Assembly (NCBI GenBank): GCA_976551045.1
Contig: CDPCPM010000013.1
Location: 13,392,001-13,456,000 of the forward strand
Reading direction: 5' to 3'
From: Glaucostegus cemiculus
Lineage: Eukaryota
Length of the DNA stretch: 64,000 bases
This document shows positions 1 through 12,700 of this stretch, piece by piece. The notes under the pieces were generated by a model, which saw only the letters and a program-made list of their open reading frames with translations, did no database searches and was not told the origin of the DNA. The position numbers and the translations under genes are program-made. Position 1 is the first letter of the stretch, and the number at the start of each line of letters is the position of its first letter.

Positions 1-365
1 TGAAGGCAGATGTCGACAATGAAGTTCACCACTACCTTCGAAGTACCAGCACAAGCTTTGGTCAATGGAGGAAATGTTTTTTATAAGACATCAGATTTGC
101 CATTAAACTCATGGTCTACCAGGCAACAGTGATCCCTACCCTTCTATCTGCCTCGGAGACCTACAGCCTGTAGCTTCGGGCACTGCCTTGAGATGCTTGC
201 CATAGGTCATCCAGGTCTCCAGGTGTAAGCAAATCAACATCAGTATCCTCTTCCAGTCCAATAACCTTAGCACTGAGGCCCTAGGTAGTCTCAATCAGAT
301 AAGCCCAACACCAGATTCCAAAAACGGGCTCTCTATTCCAAGCTCTGTTATGAGAGAGACCATCA
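1..365 (+). mobile_element. RTE-clade LINE fragment (degenerate)
   Basis: gcagatgtcgacaatgaagttcaccac...agcacaagctttgg resembles the RTE 'ADIDxEIxHRLxxASxAFG' region; followed by a decayed 'LMVYQATVIPTLL' segment. Confidence 0.6.
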
Positions 366-1099
366 TCGGTAACAACTAGTACCACTCTTTCCAAAGCATT
401 ACAGATTTCTTCCAGATAAGTGAAAATCACTCAGTTTAAACTATTCCTTTTGCTGTACTGCCAACATAGGAATATATTTGTGCCAGTGAAGGCCCTCACT
501 GTGGTGGGCATGGACTTACACCTGCTGCCTTGCAAACTATTCTGTCCCTAATTATAAGCATATTGTTCTGGGAAAGCACTCAGTGGAGGCCAGGTGCTTA
601 CCCGCAGGATAGGAGATAAATTGGAGAGAATGCCAAGCCCAACCACTCCCTCAGCTTCTGGCATCCGCTTCAGAGCCTGGGAACAGTTCAGCTGCAACTC
701 CTCTAAATTGTTTGATGCACAGCCCTTGGACGTTCAAATAGGAGAAGGGCTAACTCAAACAAAGTGCTGCATCCACACACAAAAAAAGTCATACCAGCTC
801 CTAGGTATTGAATCTTGTTTGGATTAACTCAGGACATTGGAGTGAATTTTAATTTTAATATACCAGGGTCAGTCATTATCTCAGCTATATACCAGACTCA
901 ACAGAATCCACATTTCTGGCATTTAACTGGGAAATATACTGTTTTCCCATTCCAAAGCTTAGTAATATTGGTCATAAGCTTAATGAGGTCTCTGCTCCAA
1001 GATTTTAAAAGGATTTTCTCCCCAGAATTAATAGGGGTATGTACAAGATTTTTTTTTAATGGAGGAAGGTAAGGCAGGCAGGCAAAGGTTTGTCAGTGT

Positions 1100-2390
1100 T
1101 TTTCTTTTATTTCCTATCGGATGTGGGTATCACCAGCAAGCCAGTGCTTATTGCTTATAGTGGGAGCAAACTACTATAGTGTTTGCAGTAAAGCTACTCA
1201 TACAACATTGTTGGACAATGAGATCCAGCATTTAGACCCAGCAACAATGAAAGAATGGCTGTACACTTCAGGAGAACATGTGACTGGAAGGGAAAGTTGC
1301 CGGTGATATTGCCCCCATATATAAGCTGCCCTTACCCTTCTAGATGCAGGGATTAGGGCGTGTTGTTGTAAAAAAACTCTGTAAAGTTCTTAAAATCAAT
1401 CTTCTCGATAGTGCACACCGTAGCTATTGTCTGCCAGTGGTGGAGGGAATAAATGTTTAAGGTGGAAGATTGTGTCTAAGCCACTGTTCTGAGGAGCTCC
1501 AGCAGTGATATACTAGGGCTGAGATGATTTTCTACAATCACAACTATCTTCTGTTGTGCAAGGAGACTTTCCCTTTGCCACTTCCTCTAGTTTTACAAAG
1601 GGCCTTTGGTTAAGCACTCCTTCGACATCAAGAACAGTCACTCTCACCCCACCTCTGGGATCAGTTCTTTTGTCCATGTGTGGACCAAGGATGTAATGTG
1701 CTCCAGGGACATGTGGTCCTGGCAAAGCACAAACAAAGCATTAGTGAGCAAGTTAATGATGAGTGCTGCTTTACAGCACTGTCAACAATGACACTTTCAC
1801 CACATTGGGGGATGACTGAAAATGGACTGATGGTACACTAATTAGCTGGATTGGATTTGTTCTACTCTTTGTACAGAAGATGCCTCTGGGTAATCTTCCA
1901 TAGTGCTGGTAGATATCAGTGTTATATCTGCAGTGGAACAAATTGCTTTGAGATGCTGCTGGTTCTGGATCACAAGTGTTCAGGACTGCAGCCAGAATAT
2001 TGCCAGGTCCCCTAAGCTTTTGCTCTGCCAATTGCCTCAGTGAGAGTGAACTTCACTGGATGAATACTTGCCTCTATGGTGGTAGGGAACTTGGGAAGCC
2101 AAGCTGGATAATCCACTCAGCACTTCTGATTAAAGGTGACTATAAATGCTTTAGCCTTCTCTTTGGCTCTCATGCCATCATTGAATGCACAGATGGCTTT
2201 GAAGTCTCCTTTTCCTGTTGGGCATTTAATCATCACCATCATTCATGACTGAGTGTGTTGAGATCTGTTTATCCGTTGTTTGTGAGTTTTCCTGGCTCTA
2301 TTATTTGGATGCTACTTTTCCTGTTTAGCAGTACTTTGGCTTCTCCAGGTTGGTGTCTCATTTTTTAGGAACATCTTATGTTGCACCTAA
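1100..2390 (-). mobile_element. Old non-LTR LINE fragments (CR1/L2-group), antisense
   Basis: Decayed pieces resembling a common elasmobranch LINE; no intact ORF. Family assignment uncertain. Confidence 0.45.
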
Positions 2391-2503
2391 CATGGACATC
2401 TGCCCTCCTCACTCAACAAGGATTGCCTAACTTGTTGGGTAAAATAATGGTGTTGCCGGCTGATGAGGTTACAGATTACGTATTTACATGCAATCTCTTT
2501 TTT

Positions 2504-2760
2504 GGGGCGGCATGATAGCGTAGCGGTTAGTGCGACGCTCTTACAGCACCAGCGATCGGGGTTCGATTCCCGTCGCTGTCTGTAAGGAGTTTGTACGTTC
2601 TCCCGTGTCTGCATGGGTTTCCTCCAGGTGCTCCGGTTTCCTCCCACATTCTGAAAGACGTATGGGTAGGTTAATTTGGGGGTTAAAAATGGGCGGCGTT
2701 GACTCAGAGGGCCGAAAGGGCCTGTTACCACGCTGTAAATAAAATTTTAAAAAAAATTAA
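2504..2760 (+). mobile_element. tRNA-derived V-SINE (HE1-like), young, CR1-like tail
   Basis: A-box-like TAGCGTAGCGG, B-box GGTTCGATTCC, V-domain gggtttcctccaggtgctccggtttcctcccaca, tail gggccgaaagggcctgtt..., A-rich end; many CpGs retained. Confidence 0.85.
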
Positions 2761-2794
2761 ATTATGATGGAATTGTTTCTTTAGCTCTTTGATT

Positions 2795-3096
2795 ATAAGA
2801 TAAGATTTCTTTATTAGTCACATGTACATCAAAACACACAGTAAAATGCATCTTTTGCATAGAGTGTTCTGGGGGCAGCCCACAAGTGTTGTTACACTTC
2901 CGGCACCAACATAGCATGCCCACAACTTCCTAACCCATACGTCTTTGGAATGTAGGAGGGAACCGGAGCACCCGGAGGAAACCCACGCAGACACTGGGAG
3001 AACATACAAACTCCTTACTGACAGCAGCTGGAATTGAACCCGGGTCGCTGGCGCTGTAATAGTGTCACGCTAACCACTACACTACCGTGCCTGCCC
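2795..3096 (-). mobile_element. tRNA-derived V-SINE, young, Rex1-like tail
   Basis: Reverse complement shows the same head and V-domain (GGTTCAATTCC B-box) but a different 3' part ending AATAAAGAAATCTTATCTTAT. Confidence 0.85.
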
Positions 3097-3282
3097 TTTA
3101 TCATAAAATGATTATCATAAAACCAAGATGTCCAGCCTCAGTACTGAAGATCCACAAGGCCAGTCTATCCCAATAATATATCAGCCTTCCAACACTTCTG
3201 ACCTGCAAGTGAAACAGGACATAAAAAGGGATCGTGCTGGAGTGCCCTGACATGTTGTCTGATAGGTATGATTACGTGTATC

Positions 3283-3432
3283 AAAAACAGAAAATGCTGG
3301 GAGCACTCAGTAGGTCCGGTAACCTGAAACATTAACTCTGTTTCTCTTTCCACACATGCTGCCTGACCTGCTGAGTGTTTCCAGCATTTTCTACTTCTGT
3401 TTCAGATTTCCAGCATCTGCAGGTTTTTTTTT
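3283..3432. mobile_element. Penelope terminal-repeat-derived fold-back element
   Basis: Left arm aaaacagaaaatgctgggagcactcagtaggtc is complementary to right arm gacctgctgagtgtttccagcattttct. Confidence 0.65.
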
Positions 3433-4003
3433 ATTTCAATGATTCTGTACATATCATGTACGTCAGGTTGTTACCTGGCTAGACTGTGGGACACCATTCT
3501 CCAATAAGGCTCAATCAAGTTCCCCATAAGGGTAGCTTTGCAGAATCAACCCCAAGGCACACTGGCAACCTTCTGACAGGATACAAGGCTGGGGGTGGAA
3601 TCTCACCTCCAGCCAAAGTAGTCAAGGTTTTATAACAGTTTTGAATAGTTCTGATCTTCAGAGACAATTAAAATGTATTGAAATTGCTTCAAATAATAAA
3701 AAATAAAAGATTTTGAAAATTATAAAATTAATTAAAATGCATTACTGGCTAAAGAATAATGTAAACATTATAGTAAGTAAAAGATAAAGAATTTGCCCTT
3801 CTCCTCTTGATCTCCAGGCTGGGGATCTCCATACAAGTGAAATGGGCCTCTGATCCCACAACAAAGAGGGATCAGAGAAGCAGGTTCCCAAGCTAATCCT
3901 GGGAAAACCCAGCATGATTGGGCTCCACAGCTGGGCTCGACATATGTCCCAGTGACAAATGCTTCTGTCACTCATTGTGTCCAGACTTACACTGAGTCCA
4001 CAT

Positions 4004-4192
4004 GAGTCTGGAGCAACAAAAAAAATCAGCTGGAAGAACTCAAAAGGTCAAGTAGCATCTGTGAGGAAAGGAATTGTTGACATTCTGGGTCCGAAATGTT
4101 GACAATTTCTTTCATCCCACAGATGCTGCTTGACCCTCTGAGTTCCTTCAGCTGATTGTTTGTTACTCCAGATTCCAGTATCTGCAGTCTCT
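4004..4192. mobile_element. Penelope terminal-repeat-derived fold-back element (~80-bp arms)
   Basis: 4004-4084 is the imperfect reverse complement of ~4095-4175; the centre is ctgggtccga. Confidence 0.75.
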
Positions 4193-4454
4193 CAAGTCTC
4201 CACTGAGTCTGGACCAAAGCTGGGAGCAGCTGAACATCAGTGATTCCCCTTGGAATCACCAATGACAACCAGCAAACATTTTTCCTTGAGCACCATTTAC
4301 TAATACAATTGTTCTATTCCAATAATTTATTTTGCTGAATTTAAATTGTTTAACTATGTAATGATATTTGAACTCTTATCTCTGGATCATTAGATCCATT
4401 CTCTGGAATACACATCTATTTTGTTTCTCAGTCAGAACAGCGCAGGGTGGGGAT

Positions 4455-5000
4455 ATCAGAATCAGAATCAGAATCAGTTTTATTGTCACAACCATATACA
4501 TACATAGTATGCAGAGGAGCGAGATACCGTCCTCCTCAGGTGCTCGTCCCATTAAATAACAACCAACAGAGACACACATACACACTTGACAGAATAGACA
4601 TTAAAAAAAACATTAAACATTAAAAACTACGGAAGTTAAAATTAAATTAATACGCAGATTAAATTAAAAATGGCCGGTAAATAAATAAATAGTTATTAAA
4701 GTGAACGGGCTGGTCTCGGGCATTTAAAGTCCTGGTGCATTTCTGCGCACCTAGCATCTCTTAGTGTTAACAAAGGAAGATGGAGGGATGAGAGAGTTTG
4801 CAGTTCTGATGGCTTGCGGAAAGAAGCTATTGTTCAGCCTGGTCGTTCTTGCCCTGATACATTTAAGCCTCCTCCCTGATGGCAAAATTGTAAAGAGGTG
4901 GTGGGAGGGGTGAAAAGGGTCGGCCATTATGCTTTTGGTCTTCCTCACACAATGGTCTTTGTATATGAAGGCAAGGATGGTAATGGAGGTGGGGATAGCA
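4455..5000 (-). mobile_element. Rex1/Babar LINE 3' fragment
   Basis: ORF 4751-4948 IMADPFHPSHHLFTILPSGRRLKCIRARTTRLNNSFFPQAIR is the Rex1 C-terminal motif; tail AATAAA + (CTGATT)n. Confidence 0.85.
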
Positions 5001-5039
5001 CAGGGTTGACATGTGAGGAAGGTTTGAAAACTTTATCTG

Positions 5040-5450
5040 CTTAATTTGATGCACATTTTTATTGAAGCGTATAAGATTCTGAGAAGTTATGACTAGACAT
5101 AGAGCGAACGTGGAGACGTTGTTTCCTATTGTGGAAAACTAGAAGTCACTGTTTTAAAGTAAAGGCTCACTCATTTAAGACACAGATGAGGTAAACTTTT
5201 CTCTCAGAGTGTTGTGAGTCTTTGGAACTTTCTTCCTCAAAGGACGGGGAAAATAAAGTATACTTCAGGCAAAGATAGATAGGTTCTTGCTAAGCGAGGG
5301 GATGAAAGGTTACTATGGGTGGATAGGAATGCAGAGTGGAGGTTACAGTCAGATCAGTGAGGATCTTATTAAATTGTGCAGCAAGCTCAAGCAGCCAAAT
5401 AACCTATTCCTGCTTCTAATTCATATGTTCATAGGTTTGTATGTTCATTC
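5040..5450 (+). mobile_element. CR1 LINE 3' end (degenerate)
   Basis: attgaagcgtataagattctg...ttctctcagagtgttgtgagtctttggaac...cctattcctgcttcta matches the CR1 3' end seen at 61587-62351. Confidence 0.7.
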
Positions 5451-6199
5451 AACGTTTGGTGTCCATTGACAGTTGGAATTAAAATGGCGGACATCAGTTC
5501 AGTCCTGAAATGCCTGAATCCCCTTTCCTGCCAATTTTAGTTGTTGCTGGGTTACTGTGAGAGGGATTCTTACACTACACATCCCCAGCCCATACAACTG
5601 CTGGGTGCACTATTCCTCTCCTACATCAGGAAAGGGTGAAGAAAAACGATATGTGTTACACATATTCAGAATAAGAAATTAGTTTTATTTAGTTCAGTGT
5701 ATTTGATCCAGATGAATTTTGAAAAAATGTCTGAAAGGAATGACTTGCATTTACACAGTGCCTTGTATGACTTTGGGAAGTCCCAAAGAGCCAGTGAACA
5801 CAGTTCCTCCCTTTCAGTATGGTCACTCCACTGCTGCAACACTCACCTCCACTCCAAGCCCAGTGGATGCCGACTTGAATGGATATGGCAGATTAATAAT
5901 CCACCAAATCTGCCTGGTCCATGTAAAGCACCATCAGATCCAGCTCTCACGACCAAATCTTTGGATTAATCTGGAATGAATGACTTTTTGTTCTACTGCA
6001 AACCATCTTCCCTGTTTCCTTTGCCTTTACCTTCAGTAACAAGTATGAGGAGCTCTTGGATTTCTCTGTTGATAAAACCAATACTGTTTGCTTCCTTTTC
6101 TTCTTCATCCAGCCCAACAGGCCAAAATTGTTTCCCCCAGCACTAACCTCAGAGCTTCACCTGTTTTACCCAGAACTCTGCATTAAATCCCTCTAATCA

Positions 6200-7285
6200 G
6201 GTCTCTATTTCTACCAAGGAACTGAAAAAGATATGATCAAAGTCACTAATGACATCCAATGTGATTGAGATAACAGTGTCTTAGCCCCCATGCTGTATAC
6301 AGCCTTGCACTTGGCTGCCCATATCCTCTTCAACCAGTTGGGTGGGCTGCACTTATTTATCCAGTCAGAGCCAGAAAATCACCTGCAAGGCTTCATTTCC
6401 CACACCCACAACATTAGCTCTGGCATCTCCCAAGGACCTGCCACTGGCAGGTCCACATCGATGGGGTGCTCCTATTCCACATTGATGGGGTGCTCCTCAT
6501 CAACATTATTCATGTCTACAAGTACCTTAATGACTCCCAGCTTCACCTCAACACCAAGCCCCTTGACTCTTCACTACCTTTAAACTATCAGGCTGCTTGT
6601 TCAACATCTAGCACTGGACAGGCAGAAAAGATTAGGAAGACTGAAGCATTGTCTTCAGTTCCCTTTAGAGCCTGGCTACTCAAACAAACCATGATGGGAC
6701 TCAAACTAGTCCCGATCAGATGTGCCATGTTTGGTGTGGATCATTGTATATTGCACAGAACATTCACCTTTGCCATCCCAGCCTGGCTCAATATTTGATC
6801 CAGATTAGGATGATTTGTTTAGTATTACCACCTGCCCTCCATTGCTGATTAATAGCAATGTATTTGCGGCATAGGAAGTCTTTTTGCACTTCTCTGCAGG
6901 CACCTATGTCAGGTTGAGTCTGGAAAACTTAGGAAGTCCTTGGGCTTGGCCGGGGCTCAGATTTTGGTCAGGTCAGGTTTGTGTTGGATTTTAATTTTAG
7001 ACCCTGATGGACCTCCAGTCCTCATCACAAGCTTTGCCCCTTAGCCGTTGACTCCATCCTCCTCCCTGGCCATTGTCTTAAGCTGATCCAGTCATCTCAT
7101 AGCCTTTTGACTCCTAGGTAAATTTCAGACCTTATTTCTGTACCATGACAAAGAAACCTTATTTCCACCTTTGCTGGCATTGCCTGACTACTCCTTATCC
7201 CAGTTCATTTGCTGCTGAAACCCTCCCCCATGCCTTTGTTACCTCTATACCTGTCTGTTCCAATGAACTCATGGTTGGCCTTCCT
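6200..7285 (+). mobile_element. L2-like LINE RT fragments (interrupted)
   Basis: Decayed 'TE..IKVTNDI', 'SGISQG', 'DSQLHL' and 'AETLPHAFVTS..CSN.L..GLP' segments typical of L2 RT. Confidence 0.6.
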
Positions 7286-7399
7286 TCTGCAGTATTCTTT
7301 CTTCCTTTCTTCCTTCTTCATGGTTATTCATAACTTTACAGCCATGACCTATCTCCCATTCACCCTTCACACGTCTGCTTGCTCCTAGTAAATCAAAGA

Positions 7400-8620
7400 G
7401 CTGAGAGGGATCGGTGAGACAGGGGCTGGTAAGTGAAAGGTTGAACCAGATGAAAGGGGGGGTGTGATGGACAGATGAGGGAGGGGGAGTGTTGACAGAG
7501 GCTGGAAACTGATAAGTGGAAACAGATAAGGGGGTGGGCACAAAATTAGGCAGATGGAACTGGGTGGAGGAGGGGAGCAGGAGGGTAGAGAGAGAGACTG
7601 CTAGGGGGAAACAGGTAAGGGAGAAATGATGGACAGGTGCAACCAAGTAGGAGAAGTGCAGAAGATAGGAAAGGTGAAATAAGGGAGAAGAAACCAAGGT
7701 AGTTAGTTATGTGGGTGATGGACAGATGGAACCAGGTAGAGGAGGGTAATGAGTCTGGGTAGGGAGAAGGTGGGGAAGGAGTGGAAAAGATGAACAGGGA
7801 GAGAGACTCTGGATGGACTGGTGGGAGTGGGAAAGGAATACAGGGAGAGTGAGTTACCTGAAGTTGGAAAACTCAATGTTCATATCATTAGGTTGTAGGC
7901 TACCCCAACGGAATATGAGCTGGTGTTCTTCTAGTTTGTGTTTGACCTCACCCTAGCAGTGGAGAAGGCCGAGGACAGACAGATCAGTGTGGGATTGGAA
8001 AGTGGGAGTTGAAATGACATGTGACTGGAAGTTCAAGATAGCTATTGTGTACAGAGCGCAGGTGCTCTGCAGAATGCTCACCTAGTCTATGCTTTGTTTT
8101 GCCAATGCAGAGGAGGCCACATTGCAAGCACAGAATGCAAGAGGTGAGGTTGGAGGAGGTGTACGTGAATCTTTGTCTCATCTAGAAGGGTTGTTTAGGT
8201 CCCTGGATGGTGAGGGAGGAGGTATAGGGACAAATGTTGCACCTCCTATTATGGGAAAGTGCCAGGGGATGGGGAGGGGTGGATGGAGATGGATGAGAGA
8301 ACCGAAAAGTCACAGAGAGAGTGATCCCTATGGAAAGGGGGTAGAGGGGAAGATGTGACTGGTGGTGGGATCCCATTGCAGTTGGCAGTAGTGGCGAAGG
8401 GTAATATGCTGGATGTGGAAGCTGGTAGGGTGAAAGGGGATGACCAAGGGAACTTCATCTCTGTTCTATCTGGGAGTAGCAGGGGTGAGACCAGACATTC
8501 GGGAAGTGGTAGAAATATGCATGAATACAATGCTGGATGAACTCAGAGGGCCAAGCAGCATCTGTGGAGGCAAAGGGACGGTCGACGTTTCAGGTCAAGA
8601 TCCTGCATCAGGACTGAGAT
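7400..8620 (-). mobile_element. Penelope-like element fragment with GIY-YIG endonuclease and a terminal repeat
   Basis: ORFs give CNICPYTSSLTIQGPKQPF and RQRFTYTSSNLTSCILCLQCGLLCIGKTKHRLGEHSAEHLRSV (degenerate GIY-YIG). Pyrimidine-rich 3' region; terminal repeat at 8525-8620. Confidence 0.85.
8578..8616 (-). ncRNA. Minimal hammerhead-ribozyme-like motif in PLE terminal repeat
   Basis: The - strand reads CAGTC CTGATGC AGGATCTTGACCT GAAACGTC GACCG: stem I, core box, stem II, GAAA, palindromic ACGT and a GTC cleavage triplet. The core has a C after CTGATG, so activity is uncertain. Confidence 0.55.
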
Positions 8621-9289
8621 TGTGGAGCAAAATTGTGCAGATGAGTTGTACCTGTGTATCTTGAGCAGTTGAAGCCCTGCCAAATAATAGTTCAAACCCA
8701 GCCAGCGATCAATACTGGAAGATGCCAGCTGGGGACACTGATCGGTGATTTCCTGGCACCCTGTTCCTCCTGGCTCACCAGACAATCCAAAAATATTTTA
8801 CCTTAGCTTCTTAGCTTCTGAGCCAGAGTTGGAATCCCAGCTGATGGGAAGTAACAGGGAAACTGGCAGTAGTTCTGACCTTAGGCCTCAATCTCTAGCG
8901 CAGCTGGTACTTTAACAATAATCCACATTGTTAAAGAAAGGATTTGTAATCTCCCAATGGGCATCCCCCACAGTTTAATAGAAAGTCACTGCATCAAGTC
9001 AGCTGGTTCACAATGGAGAAGAACCAGGTCTCATTTTGATTGGCCATCTTCCCTGGTTTCTGCCAGTGCAAGTAGAGTCACGGGTGGGATGTTTAACTTA
9101 GTGCAATGGAATTAACTACAGCATATTATTGACATCCAATATCTTACTGAGGGTGAAATAGTAAAAGGGGATACAGCTGAAGTATATTTTCCACTAAAAA
9201 GGAAAATATTAGAGGTTAACATAGAAGTAGGTAGATCCAAAATACACCCACTGTATTACAGACAACTTTGTTTCCCTAACAGCTCCTAC

Positions 9290-9752
9290 TTAAAATAAAC
9301 ACAGAAAATTCTGGAAATACTCAGCAGTCACATTGTTATTTGAATCCCAAAACAAGGCAACCAAGAAGCTATGCCCATGGACACCGGGTTCCCAAGATCC
9401 CCTGGGAGGGGACAACCCAAATGTATTTAAAAACTAATCATCTTACCTCCAAATCAACAATAAGTTTAATGGTCTTAGGAAGAAATTCAGCTTAACGGTG
9501 CCCACTTTTAAGATGCAACAAATCCTCTTAGACTTTTAAAATGACATCCAGTCACTGCATAACCACTCGGTGAGGGCAATCGCACACAACAACAGGAAGC
9601 TCAAATACCAGGCCTAGTCAGCATACTTGTTCTGATGAAAGTTCATTGCCCTCAAGTAGTAGCTCCACAGGTACTGCCTGACATGCTGAGTAACTCCTGC
9701 ATTCTCTGCTCTTATTTCAGATTTCCAGCAGCTACAGTTTTTTTGCTTTTCT
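9290..9752. mobile_element. Inverted pair of PLE terminal-repeat fragments around ~300 bp of other sequence
   Basis: acagaaaattctggaaatactcagcag (9301) versus tctgatgaaag...gctgagtaactcctgcattctctg...tttccagcagctacag (9631-9750). Confidence 0.5.
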
Positions 9753-12700
9753 AATGAGCATGCTGCTGGCCAATGTCTCATCCAAAATGGTAGGGAAGCA
9801 GCTGGCTGGCCATTAAAATGGGAATGCTTGGAGGGTATTGGTTGAGCACATCAGTGGTTTGAGAATGGCAGAAATCCTGGCTGTGGAGCTGCAAGGAATT
9901 CCACCAGGCCCCACAAAGGAAATAAATAGACTAACTCAAGGGGTTAGTCGATCAGCCCACAGCCAACTTCAGCTTGGTGAGAAGGCTATTTCCCCTTTTA
10001 AGGAAAATCAATGTATTTAGGTAAGTCCCCATTGGTTTTGGGGGAGGTGTAGTTAGCACATGAGGTCTACAATTCAAGTTTCCTATCCCATTATAACTGA
10101 GCAGGAAGAATTAAAATGCCGGTTGTATTAAAGATAGGTAAGGTTAGTGAAGGAGTTTTCTACATATCATGCGGAAGGTAGGTCTGCAGTAACGCAGACA
10201 GATGATAGAGCAAAGACACTTTCTTTGACATATAATGAGAAGAATGGGTGAAACTGCTTTCTTTTACTCTTGTGTGTCATGTGCATTCATTGGATAAAGC
10301 ACCAGCTTCTTTAATATTTTACTATTTCTTGGTGAAGTTGCTGTGTGGAGTACTACCTTAAGTCAGAATTCAGACATAATCAAACCAACCTATCAGCACA
10401 GGGCTGTTCACAAAGTGTATCCCTTCTTCAGAGTGCTGTTGCAGTCAAACCTCGTGATGTTTCTGAAAGAAATACTCTTCAGCTGAGTCCCAGTGTTCTG
10501 TGAAGTGTGCATTCAGAACAGGCAGTGGGGGAAGACATGGGCATGAATCCTGGATGTATGAATTTCTATGGAAAACTTGCCCTATTAGTCACAAGGGTGG
10601 AGGGTTAATTTTTCCTTCAATTTTCTCACCCAAAATACAACCAGAAGACTTCCTATTGGGTGGAATAGCTATAAGACCTCAATCGCAAAACTCTGACGCT
10701 GCACAGTTATGGAATGGAAGAGTCAGAGGATAGGTAGGTTGGGGAAAAGTTGCTGGAGATTTGAAGGGAAATCAGAGTTTGTTGATAAGTGGTGGTCATG
10801 GAAGTAACAGGTCATAGAGTGACCTGAGTTTGGGATTAACAGTCCTGCTTGTTCTGGCCTGCAAGGTCCACTGAAGAAAATATTAATCTTAATAATTCAG
10901 CTTTTCTTGCCTCCTTTTATTTGCCACATTTCTCAAGGACATGAAACCTGGTCCACATGTTGAGATTGTTGGTATTATGCCTGATTGATACTTACATTTT
11001 AAGGCAGGATTAATTATCACCCCTCATCTCAACTCTGTTAAAACCTAAAGTGCATGTGTTTAGAATTTTTAATTTTTCATCCTCCCTCTTAAACAAAACC
11101 CATTTGTATTGAGGGTTCAAGTTCTTCCTCAATAGGTTTACTCCCAGCATCAGTTTAAAAGCATCATACTAGAGCAAGCTAAAACATACTTTCATATGAA
11201 TAAGTAATCCTCATGACCAGAACTCTGCTGTATGTGAAAACACTATCTTATATTGTGGTGCATTCCATTTTATTGCCATTCTTTTATCTGAATAATTACT
11301 CTGCCTTTTTATTTTCTACATTGACTTAATCCATAATAAATAAGCACACAATGACTAAGGCACAGCTTACTCAACTATTAAAGGAAATGCTGAAAATTAA
11401 AATAAGCCAGGCTGTCATTTCCCTCATTTTAATGTTTACTCAATGCTTGCACAATGAGACAATTTTTGAAGAAGAGCCTAATAACTCCTGTATGTTCAAC
11501 TAGTACATAGTCATAAATATGCCATATGTTTTTCAACTAATTATAAACCTATTCCAATTTATATAATTATAGGAGTCATTAACATTTAGTACATCACACT
11601 CTGAGAGATTTTCAGATTTGAACACAATCCATAAGTTTTACTAGATTTCATAATGACGAATCTGTATTCTGTTTACTTATGTGGAAAGTGAAAGGCATTC
11701 AACTCAATATATCAGTTATTGATGTTACCTGAAACAAAATAAGCCCTTCTGAATATGAACATAAAGGAGTGAGATACAGGGACCATATGTTCCTAACTAT
11801 CTCCCACCATACATTCTCAATGTTTTTTATTCTTAAAAAAAACAATAAGAATTCCATATACAATTGGACAAGTGCCAACTTTCTCTTCCACTGGTCTACC
11901 CACATCTCCACTCCCTCACCCCACTCCTCCTGATGGTCCCACGGACTGGTGAGTGTTCAAGAAACAGAACCAAAGGCAGAAGCTGCCCTACCTATTCCTA
12001 CCCCTTCCCACATGATTGAATGTATGGAAATTCCATCCATTCCTGACCCAGTGGAAATTCTCCAGGGAAGCTCTGCATTGCTCCAGGACATGAATTTTGA
12101 AGGCTAGCTCATCAGCTACAGTAGTGAACGCTTTACCATAGCTGTGCCTCTGCCACCATAGCTAATTCCTGTTACGAGTCTGTGCAGTTTGCCTTCAAGT
12201 ACTGAGCTTGTGGTGTGGTAAAGGTTGCCTTTTTGATTTTGAAATGGTCATGGTGAATTTGGGAGCCCCTTATATGATTATGTAATATAGCATTTGTAAC
12301 TTCAGCTATAATGAGACCATTCACATATTAACAGTCAGAGCTGCATGGCTTACAACTTAATATCAGAATTATTAATCTTACCAATTCAAATTTTGCTGAG
12401 CTTTGTAGGCCATACCATACCAAACTACTGATAGTCCTGTGTGAAAGTGCCAGCACATTTTGAGACTCCTACATAAGTATAAAAGTCCTGAATGTATTTG
12501 CAGAGCTCATCCAACAATTTCCCAGCTCTGCTCCACTGCTGAGCTCTGTTCACCTGGCAGGAGTCCCACAGCACCTACACTGAGGAAGCTGCTGTCAGGG
12601 CTCAGTGCAGGATTCAAATGTCTATTCATTTGAGTGGAACTTGCAAGGAAGAACGATATCTGAATGTGGGCAGAGCAGATTACAGGGAAGATCCAAAGGG

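Noticed and set aside
2504-2580. tRNA gene
   Set aside because: The A/B boxes continue into a V-domain and tail, so this is a SINE head.
6452-6500. 21-bp tandem duplication
   Set aside because: Lies within a decayed L2 fragment; a trivial slippage product.
10808-10826. CAGGTCA-tagag-TGACCTG perfect palindrome
   Set aside because: The spacer is 5 bp, not the 3 bp of an ERE, and there is no other support.
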